From the NCBI GenBank assembly GCA_035712285.1, contig DASTBA010000104.1, positions 1 to 55,355 of the forward strand: a DNA stretch of 55,355 bases, written 5' to 3'. The translations under genes were made by a program, and so were the position numbers. This document shows positions 43,511 through 53,650 of this stretch, piece after piece (position 1 is the first letter of the stretch; each line of letters starts with the position of its first letter). The notes under the pieces were generated by a model that worked only from the letters and a program-made list of their open reading frames with translations, did no database searches and was not told the origin of the DNA. Origin of the DNA: Gemmatimonadales bacterium (GTDB taxonomy: Bacteria; Gemmatimonadota; Gemmatimonadetes; Gemmatimonadales; GWC2-71-9).

Positions 43511-44812
43511 ATGGAACCATCGTCAGGCATCCCCGTGGGTCTGGGTCTGGCCCTCGTCGTGGTGCTGGTCCTCTGCAACGCCTTCTTCGTCGCGGCCGAG
43601 TTCGCCCTGGTCGGCGCCCGCCGGACCCGGCTGGAAGAGCTCGCCAACACCGGTGACGGCAAAGCTAGGCTTGCCCGCCGGGCCGTTCAATCGCTCGACC
43701 GCTACATCTCCGCCACCCAGCTCGGCATCACCCTCGCCTCGCTGGGCCTGGGCTGGATCGGTGAGCCCGCCCTGGCCTCCCTGATCGGGAAGGTGCTGGG
43801 CTGGCTGCCTTCCACCGTGGCGTCGATCGCGACCCACGGTATTGCCTCGGTGATTGCGTTCCTCATCATCACCGTCCTGCACATCATCCTCGGCGAACTG
43901 GTGCCCAAGGCCCTGGCCCTGCTCTTCCCGGAAGCGATCAGCCGCTGGGTCGCGGCGCCGCTCCTGGGCTTCAGCTGGATCATGGCGGCGCCGATCGCGC
44001 TGCTCAACGGCACCGCCAACCGCCTGCTGCACCTGATGGGCGTCTCGCCTCCCGGCGAGCATGAGCGGCTCCACTCGCCGGAGGAGATCCGCCTCCTGGT
44101 GGAACAGAGCGAGGAGGGCGGCAGTCTCCTCAAGCAGGATGCCCGGCTGCTCGAGGGGGTCTTCGAGTTCAGCGAGAAGAGCGCGCAGGAAGTCATGACG
44201 CCGCGCACCAGCATCGCCGCGCTGGAGCAGGATCTCACCATCGAGGATGCGGCGGACGAAGTCGCCCGGAACGGGCGTTCCCGCTATCCGGTGTACGCCG
44301 AGTCGCTGGACGAGATCGTCGGGATCGTCCATGCGAAGGATATCCTGGCCGCGCTCCGTCGCGAGCCCAGGGCCGGCGTCCGCACCGTGATGCGCGATCC
44401 CCTCTTCGTGCCCGGCACCCGCGAGGTGGAGGACGTGCTCACCGACATGAAGCGGCTCAAGAGCCACATGGCGGTGGTGCTGGACGAATACGGCGGCACC
44501 GCGGGGCTGGTGACGATGGAGGACCTGCTGGAGGAAATCGTCGGGGACATCTTCGACGAGCACGACCGGCCCGAGATCGCCCGGCAGGACGCCGGCGCGG
44601 CCCTCATTGACGGCGCGATGCCGATCACCGAGTTCAATACCGAGCACGACACCGCCCTCGACGACACCGATTACACCACCATCGGCGGCTGGGTGTTCGG
44701 GGCATTGGGCCGCCTCCCCAAGTCCGGCGACCGCGTCACGGCGGGCGAGCGGGTGCTGGAGGTCGCGGAGATGGACGGGCGGCGGGTACGGAGTGTCCGA
44801 TTGGTGAAGTAA
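43511..44812 (+). CDS. Hemolysin-family / CNNM (DUF21-CBS-CorC) transporter
   Basis: NAFFVAAEFALV, TQLGITLASLGLGWIGEP, GELVPK, VMTPR, SRYPV, LDEYGGTAGLVTMEDLLEEIVG, TTIGGW. Confidence 0.95.
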   Translation: MEPSSGIPVGLGLALVVVLVLCNAFFVAAEFALVGARRTRLEELANTGDGKARLARRAVQSLDRYISATQLGITLASLGLGWIGEPALASLIGKVLGWLPSTVASIATHGIASVIAFLIITVLHIILGELVPKALALLFPEAISRWVAAPLLGFSWIMAAPIALLNGTANRLLHLMGVSPPGEHERLHSPEEIRLLVEQSEEGGSLLKQDARLLEGVFEFSEKSAQEVMTPRTSIAALEQDLTIEDAADEVARNGRSRYPVYAESLDEIVGIVHAKDILAALRREPRAGVRTVMRDPLFVPGTREVEDVLTDMKRLKSHMAVVLDEYGGTAGLVTMEDLLEEIVGDIFDEHDRPEIARQDAGAALIDGAMPITEFNTEHDTALDDTDYTTIGGWVFGALGRLPKSGDRVTAGERVLEVAEMDGRRVRSVRLVK

Positions 44813-44860
44813 GGGCAGAGCCATGGCTCTGCCCTTACGCGCACCGCGGTGCGCCCCTAC
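44809..44860. repeat. Two tandem GTAG/GTAA-type REP palindromes between convergent genes
   Basis: Perfect 30-bp GTAAGGGCAGAGCCA|TGGCTCTGCCCTTAC (44809-44838) plus GCGCACCGCGGTGCGC-CCCTAC (minus strand: GTAGGGGCGCACCGCGGTGCGC). Confidence 0.85.
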
Positions 44861-45757
44861 TCAGACCAATCGCACTGCCATCTCCAGCGCCCGCCGCATG
44901 CTCGACGGATCCGCCCGCCCGGTCCCGGCGATATCGAACGCCGTGCCGTGATCGGGCGAGGTACGCGGGAACGGCAGTCCCAGCGTCACGTTCACCGCCT
45001 CGCCGAAGCTCGCCACCTTGATCGCGGTCATCCCGACGTCGTGATACGGCGCCAGCACCGCGTCGAACTCCCCGCGGAGCGCACGGACGAAGACGGTGTC
45101 CGCCGGGAGCGGCCCCGCGGCGCCCAGCTGGCGCGCTGCCGGCTCCAGCACTCTCGCGTCCTCATCGCCGAATGCGCCGCCTTCTCCAGCGTGGGGATTG
45201 AGGGCACACACTGCCAGGCGGGGCGATTCGATCCCGAACCAGCCCCGGAGCCCCTCCTGCGCAATCCGCCCGGTCTGCACCACGCGTTCGGCGGTGAGCA
45301 GCACCGGGACGTCACGCAGCGGCACATGAGTGGTCACCAGCACCACACGGAGCCGGTCCGACGCCAGCATCATCGCCACCGGCACATCGCCCGCCAGGTG
45401 TGCCAGCCACTCGGTGTGTCCCGGGTACGGAAATCCGGCGAGATGCAGCGCGCCCTTGTGGACCGGTGCGGTGACGATGCCGGCCACCGTGCCGTCCATC
45501 GCCAGGCGGGCGGCGGTCTCCACCGCATGCCCCGCGATCCGTCCGGCGCGGAGGGTCCGCGCGTGATCAGGCCGGTCGCCGGTGCCCTGGCCCCATGCCC
45601 CCACACCGATCTTTTCGGCGGCGGGAATGGCTGCGATCTGGTCTTCGGCGCCGATCAGGACGATCTCGGCGCCGAGCGGATCCGCCAGCGCCCGCGCCGT
45701 GATCTCGGGGCCGATGCCCCGGGGATCGCCGAGCGTGACCGCCAGCCGGAGCGTCAC
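44861..45757 (-). CDS. pdxA: 4-hydroxythreonine-4-phosphate dehydrogenase
   Basis: TLGDPRGIGPE, TAPVHK, GHTEWLA, LNPHAGE, PADTVF, YHDVG, NVTLGLPFPRTSPDHGTAFDIAG. Confidence 0.96.
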   Translation of the reverse strand: MTLRLAVTLGDPRGIGPEITARALADPLGAEIVLIGAEDQIAAIPAAEKIGVGAWGQGTGDRPDHARTLRAGRIAGHAVETAARLAMDGTVAGIVTAPVHKGALHLAGFPYPGHTEWLAHLAGDVPVAMMLASDRLRVVLVTTHVPLRDVPVLLTAERVVQTGRIAQEGLRGWFGIESPRLAVCALNPHAGEGGAFGDEDARVLEPAARQLGAAGPLPADTVFVRALRGEFDAVLAPYHDVGMTAIKVASFGEAVNVTLGLPFPRTSPDHGTAFDIAGTGRADPSSMRRALEMAVRLV

Positions 45758-47109
45758 TGGGGGCGAATGTCTACGTAGGTCGCGCTGCGCAGGTGGTCGA
45801 GGTATCGCTGGGTCGCGATGTTCTCGGAGAGACTGGTGCGGAGCTGGTCGCGGACATCCTGGTAGGTGGGAGGGCCGGCCGGCCGGCGCTGGGTGACCTT
45901 CAGGATGTCGAACTTCACCTTGCCATCCGGCCCGGTGAGGTCGAACGGACCGACGACCGTGCTGGTGTCATCCAGCGAGAGCACCGACTTGTACGCGTCG
46001 GGAAGCTGGTCCACCGGGACATCGGCAGCGTCCTTCTCCTCCGACTGGTCGTGATACAGCGCCTGCAGCGAGTCGAACGACGCGCCGGCCCGCACCGCCG
46101 CCACCACCCGCGCCGCCAGCGCCCGCGCGCTGTCCATGTTCTCCTGCGTCGTCACCGGAATGATCAGGATGTGCTTCGCGTGGAGCGAGTTCGGCTCCGA
46201 GCGCACCAGCTGGATGACGTGCACCCCGAAACTGGTCTCGACCGGATTGGAGATCTGGCCGGGCTTGAGCGCCAGGGCCGCCGTCTCGAACTTGCGGTCG
46301 AGCAGTCCCAGGCGGGTCCAGCCGAGGTCCCCACCCTGGTCCTTGCTGCCGGGATCCTGCGAGAACCGGCGCGCGGCGGTGGCGAAGTCGCCGCCGGCCC
46401 TGAGGGCGTTCGCGATGGAATCGGCGAGGGCGAAGGCGCGGGCCCGCGCGGAATCCGACGCCCTGGGCGCAATCACCAGCTGCCGGAACGTGATCGTCGG
46501 CGGGCGCTCCCCGAAGCCCCCCTTCTGGTCGTCGAACGCCTTCCGGATCTCCGCCTCGGTGGGATTGACCGGCTTGAGCTTCTTGGTGTCGCGCAGGCGC
46601 TCGATCAGCTTCTGGCGGAGCAGGGTCCGGCGCTGCTGATCGGTCAGCCAGCGGCGGTAATCGTCCACCGAGGCGAAACCCGAAGCCTTGAGCTCCTTCT
46701 GGAACTCCGGTTCCGACTTGAACTGGTCCCGCACCTGCTTGTAGCGCGCGTCCACCGCGTCGCTGACATCCTGCCCGGTGACCTTGATGGCGGTGTCCCG
46801 CTGGGCCGCCTGGACCATCAGCTCCTCATTCACCAGGCGCTGCAGCAGCGACGCGCGCAGGCGAGCCGAGTCCGCCGCCGTCGCGGGCTTCGGCCCGTCC
46901 TGCTGGGCCAGCGCCATGAGGAATGACTCCTCCAGCTGCGACTGGAGCAGCGGCTCGGCGCCGATCACCGCGACCACCCGGTCCACCGTGTAGGTCGTGT
47001 CGTGGTGCGGGACAGAACCGGTCGAGTCCTGCGCCGCCAGCGGAGATGCGAAGGCGGCGGCCACGATCGCCGCCGCCCCCGCCAGACCAATCTGTCGTGA
47101 TACGGACAT
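45754..47109 (-). CDS. surA: SurA-like periplasmic chaperone/peptidyl-prolyl isomerase
   Basis: Signal peptide, VDRVVAVIG, parvulin DFATAARRFSQDPGS...GGDLGW...PVETSFGVHVI; directly upstream of pdxA. Confidence 0.85.
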   Translation of the reverse strand: MSVSRQIGLAGAAAIVAAAFASPLAAQDSTGSVPHHDTTYTVDRVVAVIGAEPLLQSQLEESFLMALAQQDGPKPATAADSARLRASLLQRLVNEELMVQAAQRDTAIKVTGQDVSDAVDARYKQVRDQFKSEPEFQKELKASGFASVDDYRRWLTDQQRRTLLRQKLIERLRDTKKLKPVNPTEAEIRKAFDDQKGGFGERPPTITFRQLVIAPRASDSARARAFALADSIANALRAGGDFATAARRFSQDPGSKDQGGDLGWTRLGLLDRKFETAALALKPGQISNPVETSFGVHVIQLVRSEPNSLHAKHILIIPVTTQENMDSARALAARVVAAVRAGASFDSLQALYHDQSEEKDAADVPVDQLPDAYKSVLSLDDTSTVVGPFDLTGPDGKVKFDILKVTQRRPAGPPTYQDVRDQLRTSLSENIATQRYLDHLRSATYVDIRPQ

Positions 47110-47120
47110 GAACCCCGCTC

Positions 47121-48596
47121 CTACGGCTTCGCGGCCGGCGCTCCCGCCGCGGGCTGTGCATTGCCCGAGGGGGCCGGCGCCGGGCCCGGCGCCGGACGAA
47201 GGCCGGTGGCGGGCGGAGCCGCCTGGGCTCCCGTGTCGCCCTGCTCCTCCTGCGCCTTCTTGTGCTGGGCCAGCTCCAGCCCCCGCTGCACCCCGCCCTC
47301 GTAGATGTGATGCTTGATGCGCTGCCGGAGGACATCACCCAGCAAGGCAGGCAGGCGCCGTGCGCGCACCTTGCCCTCGATGATCCGGTCGAAGTAGGTC
47401 TTGATCTTGAGGTCCGCCATCTCGTTCCGCTGCGAGGCGGACACGCTGCTGTCGCTCAGGTCGGCACCGATGCCCATTTCCGCCTTGAGCGAATCCACCT
47501 GCGCCTGATACTGCTGGCGCAGGCCCGCCCACTCTTCGGCCGACGGACCGACCTTCGCGCTGTCCGCCTGCTGGAGCAGCATCTCGTTCTGCGAGACCAC
47601 GCGCGCATACTGGCCCAGCTGCGAATCCGGCAGCTGGCGGATCTGGTCCTGGTAGGGCGGCGGCAGCTGGCTCACCCAGCGCATCAGGCCGCCCACCGTC
47701 AGCGAACCGCCCTTCCAGGTCGCCAGCTCGGTCGTGGAGCCGCGCGCGCCGTCCATGTCGGACATCGCCTCGCGCATCTTCGCGGGAGCCGAGCTCTTGA
47801 TCTGCAGGTTGTAGGTGTGGGCGAGGCTGTCGAAATAGACCGAATCCACGTGCGCCACCACCACGCCCTCCGCCGACTCCCGGAAACGGCCCCGGGCATC
47901 CGCCAGCAACGGCCGCTTGATCACGTGGTAGCCGTACGGCGTCTCCACGATGCCGCTGACCTCACCCGGGGCCAGCGACCACCCGGCACTGTCGAACGCC
48001 GTGACGAAGCGGCCCTTGGGCGACGGCGGCAGGTATCCGCTGTCGCGGGCGCTGCCGGGATCCTGGGAAAGCTTTGACGCCAGCGCGCCGAAGTCCGCGC
48101 CCTTCTTCACCTGCGCCAGCGCGTCCTCGGCCTTCTTCCGCGCCACCTGCCGTTCCTCGGGGGTGGCGGTCTGGGACGTGGTGAACAGGATGTGCTGGAA
48201 GACCCGCAGCGGGCCGGAGACGAAGAGGCTGTCCAGGCCGGCATCGGTCAGGTTGAGCCGCTTGGAAACGATCGTGTCGTGCCAGCGCTCCGCCTTGATC
48301 TGCGCGATGGCGGGCCAGAGCGCCTGCGCCACGGCGGCGGAATCGGCCGGCAGCTGGTGCTGCGCCACTCCCTGGGCGAAGAGCGCGTAATCCATCCAGA
48401 GCCCGGTGACGTAGTTCGCGGCATCCGAGTTGAGCCGCACGCCCTTGGGACCTGTCAGGATGTCGGCAAGGCGCTCGGGAGTCAGCGTGAGCGAGCCGGC
48501 GGTGGCCACTTCATCGGCGTGCGCCTTGAAGAGGTCCCGCATGTTGGAACAACCGGAGAGCGCGAGTACTCCTGCCAGCAACATCAGACGGCGCAT
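47121..48596 (-). CDS. Parvulin-type peptidyl-prolyl isomerase lipoprotein (PrsA/PpiD-like)
   Basis: Lipobox LSGC; QHILF...GADFGALASKLSQDPGS...SGIVETPYGYHVI. Confidence 0.85.
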   Translation of the reverse strand: MRRLMLLAGVLALSGCSNMRDLFKAHADEVATAGSLTLTPERLADILTGPKGVRLNSDAANYVTGLWMDYALFAQGVAQHQLPADSAAVAQALWPAIAQIKAERWHDTIVSKRLNLTDAGLDSLFVSGPLRVFQHILFTTSQTATPEERQVARKKAEDALAQVKKGADFGALASKLSQDPGSARDSGYLPPSPKGRFVTAFDSAGWSLAPGEVSGIVETPYGYHVIKRPLLADARGRFRESAEGVVVAHVDSVYFDSLAHTYNLQIKSSAPAKMREAMSDMDGARGSTTELATWKGGSLTVGGLMRWVSQLPPPYQDQIRQLPDSQLGQYARVVSQNEMLLQQADSAKVGPSAEEWAGLRQQYQAQVDSLKAEMGIGADLSDSSVSASQRNEMADLKIKTYFDRIIEGKVRARRLPALLGDVLRQRIKHHIYEGGVQRGLELAQHKKAQEEQGDTGAQAAPPATGLRPAPGPAPAPSGNAQPAAGAPAAKP

Positions 48597-48611
48597 GCCT
48601 GCTCCAGATGG

Positions 48612-51600
48612 TTAAAGTCGGCCCGCGACAACCCTGAGCGCCCGGACCAGGGCGGGAACCAGCGTCTCGCCGCCCAGGCGCTGGATCCGGAGCGAGAGTG
48701 GAACCGTACGGCGGACATCGGCCGCCAGCTGGACATCGTCCAGCGCCGCCGAGAGTGCGGCCAGGCGGGGCACCGCGCCCTCCCGGAAGGTGAGCCGGGC
48801 CTCCTCACCCCGCACCGTGACGTGCTGCAACCCGAGTTCCGCGCCCAGCAGCCGGAGCCGGGTCAGGTCCAGCAGCGCCGACGCCGGCGCCGGGGGCGGC
48901 CCGAACCGCTCCCGCAGTTCAGTGCCCAGCCCATCAATGTCGCCAGACGACTCGGCGCGCGCCAGTCGGCGGTAGATGTCGAGCTTGACCTCGTCGTCCG
49001 GCACGTACCCGTCGGGCAGGTGGGCCGGCAGGTCCAGCACTACGTCCGGCGGGGCCGGTTTTTCGCTGCCCTGGCCCCGGAGGCCGCGGACCGTCTCCTC
49101 CATCCAGCGCATGTACAGGTCGAATCCCACCGCATGCGCATGTCCCGACTGCTCGGCACCGAGGAGATTTCCTGCCCCCCGGATCTCCAGGTCCTTGAGG
49201 GCGATCCGGTACCCCGCCCCCAGATCACTATGATGCTCGAGGACCTTGAGCCGTTCCTCCGCATCCCGGTCCATGGCATCCGGCACCAGCAGGTAGCAAT
49301 AGGCGCGGCGGTGGCTCCGTCCCACCCGGCCGCGGAGCTGGTAGAGCTGCGCCAGGCCGAAGCGATGGGCGTCATGGACGACCATGGTGTTCGCGTTCGG
49401 AACGTCGAGCCCCGACTCGACGATCATGGTGGTCACGAGGATGTCCACCTCGCCCGCCACGAACTGGCGCATCACCTCTTCGAGCGCCTCGGCGGGCAGC
49501 TGGCCGTGCGCCACGCCGACCCGTGCCCGGGGGGCGAGATGGCGGACCCGCTGCGCTACCGTCTCGATGGTCTCGATCCGGTTGTGCACGAAGAAGACCT
49601 GCCCGCCCCGGTCCAGCTCACGGGCGATCGCTTCATCCAGCAGCGCGTCGTCCCACGGCTCCACGAACGTGAGCACCGGCGAGCGGTCCCGCGGCGCCGT
49701 CTCGATCAGGGAAAGGTCCCGGAGCCCGGCCAGGCTCAGGTGCAGCGTACGCGGAATCGGCGTGGCGGTGAGCGTCAGCACGTCCACCGCGAGGCGCATC
49801 GCCTTGAGCCGCTCCTTGTGCCGTACGCCGAAGCGATGTTCCTCGTCCACGACCAGGAGACCGAGATCCCGGAAGACGACGTCCCTGGAGAGCAGGCGGT
49901 GCGTCCCGATGACGACATCCACCTTCCCCTCCGCCAGCCGGCCCAGGACCTCTCGCTGTTCCTTCGCCGTGCGGAAGCGGGACAGGACCTCCACCGTGAC
50001 CGGAAAGTCCGCCAGCCGCTCGGTGAACGTCCGGCCATGCTGCTCGGCCAGAATGGTGGTCGGCACCAGCACCGCCGCCTGTTTTCCGCCCTGCACCGCC
50101 TTGAACGCAGCCCGGACCGCCACCTCGGTCTTGCCGTAGCCCACGTCGCCCACCAGCAGGCGGTCCATCGGGAGGGGGCGCTCCATGTCCCGCTTGATGT
50201 CGTCGGTGGCGCGGCGCTGGTCGGGCGTGTCTTCATAGAGGAACCCCGACTCCAGCTCGCGCTGCCACCGGGTGTCCGGCGGAAAGGCGAAACCTGCCGC
50301 CACTTTCCGGCGCGCATAGAGCTCCAGCAGTTCGGCCGCCATGCGGCGGATCGCCTGCTGGGCGCGCTCCCGTACCCGCGCCCACGTGGTGCCGCCCAGC
50401 CGGTGGATGCGCGGTGGCGGCCGGTCTCCATCCTCTCCCGCCGCCCGGTAGCGCTCCAGCTGGTCGAGCCGGTAGAGCGGCACGTTGAGGCGCGAGCCGC
50501 CTTCGTACTCCAGGACCGCCACCTCCAGCGTGCTTTCCCCGACCGTGATCGTTTCGATGCCCCGGTAGATCCCGATGCCGTGTTCCAGGTGCACCACGTA
50601 GTCGCCGGAAGCGAGCGTGCCGGTGGCGAGCGACGGTGCCGCCGCCCGGTAGCGCCGCGTGCGCCGCACCCGCCGCGCGCGCCGGAAGATCTCGTGATCG
50701 GTGAGCACCCGGAGATGCGGCAGCACGAAGCCGCCATCCAGCGCTCCCACCGCCGTCGCGGCGCTCACGCCCCGCTCGTCGAGCAGCTCTCCCAGCCGCT
50801 CGCGCTGGCCCTCGTTGTCGCAGAGAATCAGCGTGGGCGGTTCGCCCGAGAGCAGGGCCGCGAGCCGGCCGAGGTCCCGCTCGATCCGTTCGGGCGGCAT
50901 CCAGCCGAGCTGGATGTCGGGCCGGTCGGTCCGGAGCACCAGGCGCCCGAAGCGTTCCTTCCGTGCGCTCCAGTCCTCGGGAGATTCGAAGATGTCACTG
51001 CGGGCCGGCACGTCGTCGCCCAGGCGGCGGGCCACCTCGAGATTGTGCGCCGCCTCGTCCCAGGCCCGCGCGGCCTCGTCCCGATCGGGCCCTTCGGCCT
51101 CTTCCACGATCAAGGCATCGGGTGGCAGGAGTTCGAGCAGGTTCCGGCGCGTCGTGCTCGTGGTGCCGGGCACCGGCGCGCCGGCGCCCCGCACCGGCAG
51201 GATGTCCACCCGGTCCAGTTCGGCGCCGGAGCGCTGGGAGGTGAGGTCGAACATGCGGAGCGACGAGATCTCGTCGCCCCACCACTCGAGGCGCGCCGCC
51301 GCCGCCATCCCGAAGCCGTACACATCGAGGATGCCGCCCCGCACGCTGAACTGCCCCACCTCCGTGACGGTGGGAACCCGCTCATAGCCCATGCCGCCGA
51401 GCTGGTCGGCGAGCTGGCGCGGCGGGGCGGTGACGCCGGGCGCGAGGGAGAGGCGGAGCCGGGTGATTTCATCCGGCACGCGAGTGCGCTCGAGGGTGGC
51501 GCGGACCGTGGTGACCAGCAGCCGCAGCTCGCCGCCCAGCAGCGCCGCCAGTGTTTCGGCGCGCTCGCCGGCGATTTCCAGGTGCGCTTCCTCCTCACCG

Positions 51601-51869
51601 AGCGACTCGCGCTGGGGGTAGAGTGCCAGCGTCTCGCCGGACAGCAGCGACAGGTCCGACAGCCACCGTTCCGCATCCGCCGGCGTCGGCGCCATCACGA
51701 CAAGGGTGCGCGCCGGATCCTCCCGCGCGAGCCACGCCACCAGGGCCGCGGCGGAGGATCCGGGCACGCCGCCCAGCGTGAGACGGCCGCCGCGCCCCGG
51801 CAGGCGATCACGCACATCGGAGGCGCTGGGCGCGCGGGCCAGTGCATCCAGAATCCGTTCGTGGGTCAC
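48612..51869 (-). CDS. mfd: Transcription-repair coupling factor
   Basis: FSVRGGILD, VVHLEHGIG (RID), GDVGYGKTEVA, VVDEEHRFG, TATPIPRT, QLRGRVGR, DLEIRGAGNLLG, TRCF domain; GTG start 51869 overlaps the upstream stop. Confidence 0.97.
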   Translation of the reverse strand: MTHERILDALARAPSASDVRDRLPGRGGRLTLGGVPGSSAAALVAWLAREDPARTLVVMAPTPADAERWLSDLSLLSGETLALYPQRESLGEEEAHLEIAGERAETLAALLGGELRLLVTTVRATLERTRVPDEITRLRLSLAPGVTAPPRQLADQLGGMGYERVPTVTEVGQFSVRGGILDVYGFGMAAAARLEWWGDEISSLRMFDLTSQRSGAELDRVDILPVRGAGAPVPGTTSTTRRNLLELLPPDALIVEEAEGPDRDEAARAWDEAAHNLEVARRLGDDVPARSDIFESPEDWSARKERFGRLVLRTDRPDIQLGWMPPERIERDLGRLAALLSGEPPTLILCDNEGQRERLGELLDERGVSAATAVGALDGGFVLPHLRVLTDHEIFRRARRVRRTRRYRAAAPSLATGTLASGDYVVHLEHGIGIYRGIETITVGESTLEVAVLEYEGGSRLNVPLYRLDQLERYRAAGEDGDRPPPRIHRLGGTTWARVRERAQQAIRRMAAELLELYARRKVAAGFAFPPDTRWQRELESGFLYEDTPDQRRATDDIKRDMERPLPMDRLLVGDVGYGKTEVAVRAAFKAVQGGKQAAVLVPTTILAEQHGRTFTERLADFPVTVEVLSRFRTAKEQREVLGRLAEGKVDVVIGTHRLLSRDVVFRDLGLLVVDEEHRFGVRHKERLKAMRLAVDVLTLTATPIPRTLHLSLAGLRDLSLIETAPRDRSPVLTFVEPWDDALLDEAIARELDRGGQVFFVHNRIETIETVAQRVRHLAPRARVGVAHGQLPAEALEEVMRQFVAGEVDILVTTMIVESGLDVPNANTMVVHDAHRFGLAQLYQLRGRVGRSHRRAYCYLLVPDAMDRDAEERLKVLEHHSDLGAGYRIALKDLEIRGAGNLLGAEQSGHAHAVGFDLYMRWMEETVRGLRGQGSEKPAPPDVVLDLPAHLPDGYVPDDEVKLDIYRRLARAESSGDIDGLGTELRERFGPPPAPASALLDLTRLRLLGAELGLQHVTVRGEEARLTFREGAVPRLAALSAALDDVQLAADVRRTVPLSLRIQRLGGETLVPALVRALRVVAGRL

Positions 51870-53650
51870 GCCGCCGGCCTTTTCACCGTGGCAATCAATA
51901 CTTCGATCAGCGCGGCCACCACGGCGAGCCAGAGCAATGGGCCCCGCAGGTCGGCCCGTGCCCCGGCGGAGAACGCCGCGTCCGCCGCCTGGTCCGGTGT
52001 CATGATGCGGGCGCCGCGCCAGAGGCGCCGGAGATCGGCATCGGTCGCGCGGCGCAACTGCGATTCGCGGGGATCGATGCCGGCCGTGAGCGCGCCCACC
52101 GTGTCGCCGCCGGCGAGCAGGTAGTAGGCGCCGAGCAACGATGGAGTGAAGTAGTCGCCGCCCTCCACCTTCCAGCGCCGGTCTCCCTGCCGCACCTCGG
52201 TCACGACGTCCGGCAGGGGCACCGCATCGCCGACCGGCGTCGCCAGCATCGCCAGCTCGCCCCGGATCACCCGGTTCACCAGCCGATCCATGAACGGCAT
52301 GAACTCGGTGGACAGGGGAAGATCGGTCCATGCGGAATCCAGGCGGCTTCCCAGGAGCACCAGGTCCCGGCTCCGCACCGCCCACGGCTCGCCTCCGGCG
52401 GTGGCCACGACCCCGGTACGCCCGCTGCCGCCGGGCACCAGCGTATAGCGGCGGCTGACGCGATGGCGCCCGAGCAGTGCCCCGCTGTCGGTGGTGGTGG
52501 CGTCGAGCCGCAGCTCACCGAACCGCCAGCCGCTCCCGCGCTGCGCCAGCGCCCGGTTGAGTGCGCCGAGACGGGCCGGATCATCCGGCGGAAGGACAAT
52601 GGAGCGGCCGCGCCCCAGCGTCCCGAGCGTGATGTCCGATCCCGGCACGAGGCGGTGGTTCTGCTGGAGGACGTCACAGGCAATGGCGAGAAACCGGTCG
52701 GTCCGGTCACAGGCCACGGCGGCCACCGGCGCCACCCGGAGCACGGACTCGCGCCGGTCATCGAGGCGGAGTTCATCGGGCGCGAGTTCGGCGCTGACCA
52801 GATACCAGCCGCTGGAGGGAGCCGGGAGTGGAACACTGACCGAGTCTCCTGCACGAACCAGGACCTCGCGAACCAGCGACCGGCCCGCCCGCAGCGTGAC
52901 CGGCACCGATGCCGATGAATCGCCCGTCACCCCCACGACGATCTTGCCTCCGTCGCGCGTCCAGGGTTGCGCCCCCGGATCGAGCGACATGACACCATGA
53001 TTAGCAGGGGGCGGCGCGTCAGGCCGGCCCACGATGAGCGGCGCCGCGGACGCCGCCGCCGAGACGGCGCTGGCCTGCACGTCACTGAGGATGAGGATCG
53101 AACCCGGCCGCGCATCGCCGCGCAGGGTCTGTCCCGCCAGTGTGACGGCCGCACCCAGGTCCAGCCGGCGCGGGTCGGGTTCGATGCTGTCCAGCATTGC
53201 GGCCAGCTGGCGGGCATCACCGCGGCGCGGCCGTCCGTCGGCCGGGAGCAGCCACAGGGCATCCTCCGCCGTCGCGTGGCCGAGCGCGTTCCGGGCAGCC
53301 CGGGCCAGCGACGCGAGTTCCGGCGTCCCGCCGCTCACGGCGCCGCTGCTTGCCGAATTGTCCAGGACGATTACCAGCGCGCTCGGCGCGTGCCCCGGTA
53401 TCTGTCGCAGCGGGAGGGTCGGCCCCGCCGCGGCCAGCACCAGCGCCAGGATGATCAGCATCCGCAGCAGGAGCAGCAGCCAATGGCGGAGCCGCAGCCG
53501 CCGCTGGTGCTCGGCGGTGGCAGACTGGAGGTATCGCGTCGCCGGAAACGATACGGTGGGCGGCTCGCGCCGCGCGAGCAGGTGCAGGACGAGCGGCAAC
53601 GCGACCGCCGGCAGGGCCGCGAGCAGCCACGGATGGAGAAACCCGATCAT
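51866..53650 (-). CDS. BatA-domain / VWA membrane protein (MoxR-associated)
   Basis: FLHPWLLAALPAVALPLVLHLL BatA motif, WLLLLLRMLIILALVLAAAGP, MIDAS-like VLDNSASS, C-terminal TM. Confidence 0.85.
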   Translation of the reverse strand: MIGFLHPWLLAALPAVALPLVLHLLARREPPTVSFPATRYLQSATAEHQRRLRLRHWLLLLLRMLIILALVLAAAGPTLPLRQIPGHAPSALVIVLDNSASSGAVSGGTPELASLARAARNALGHATAEDALWLLPADGRPRRGDARQLAAMLDSIEPDPRRLDLGAAVTLAGQTLRGDARPGSILILSDVQASAVSAAASAAPLIVGRPDAPPPANHGVMSLDPGAQPWTRDGGKIVVGVTGDSSASVPVTLRAGRSLVREVLVRAGDSVSVPLPAPSSGWYLVSAELAPDELRLDDRRESVLRVAPVAAVACDRTDRFLAIACDVLQQNHRLVPGSDITLGTLGRGRSIVLPPDDPARLGALNRALAQRGSGWRFGELRLDATTTDSGALLGRHRVSRRYTLVPGGSGRTGVVATAGGEPWAVRSRDLVLLGSRLDSAWTDLPLSTEFMPFMDRLVNRVIRGELAMLATPVGDAVPLPDVVTEVRQGDRRWKVEGGDYFTPSLLGAYYLLAGGDTVGALTAGIDPRESQLRRATDADLRRLWRGARIMTPDQAADAAFSAGARADLRGPLLWLAVVAALIEVLIATVKRPAA

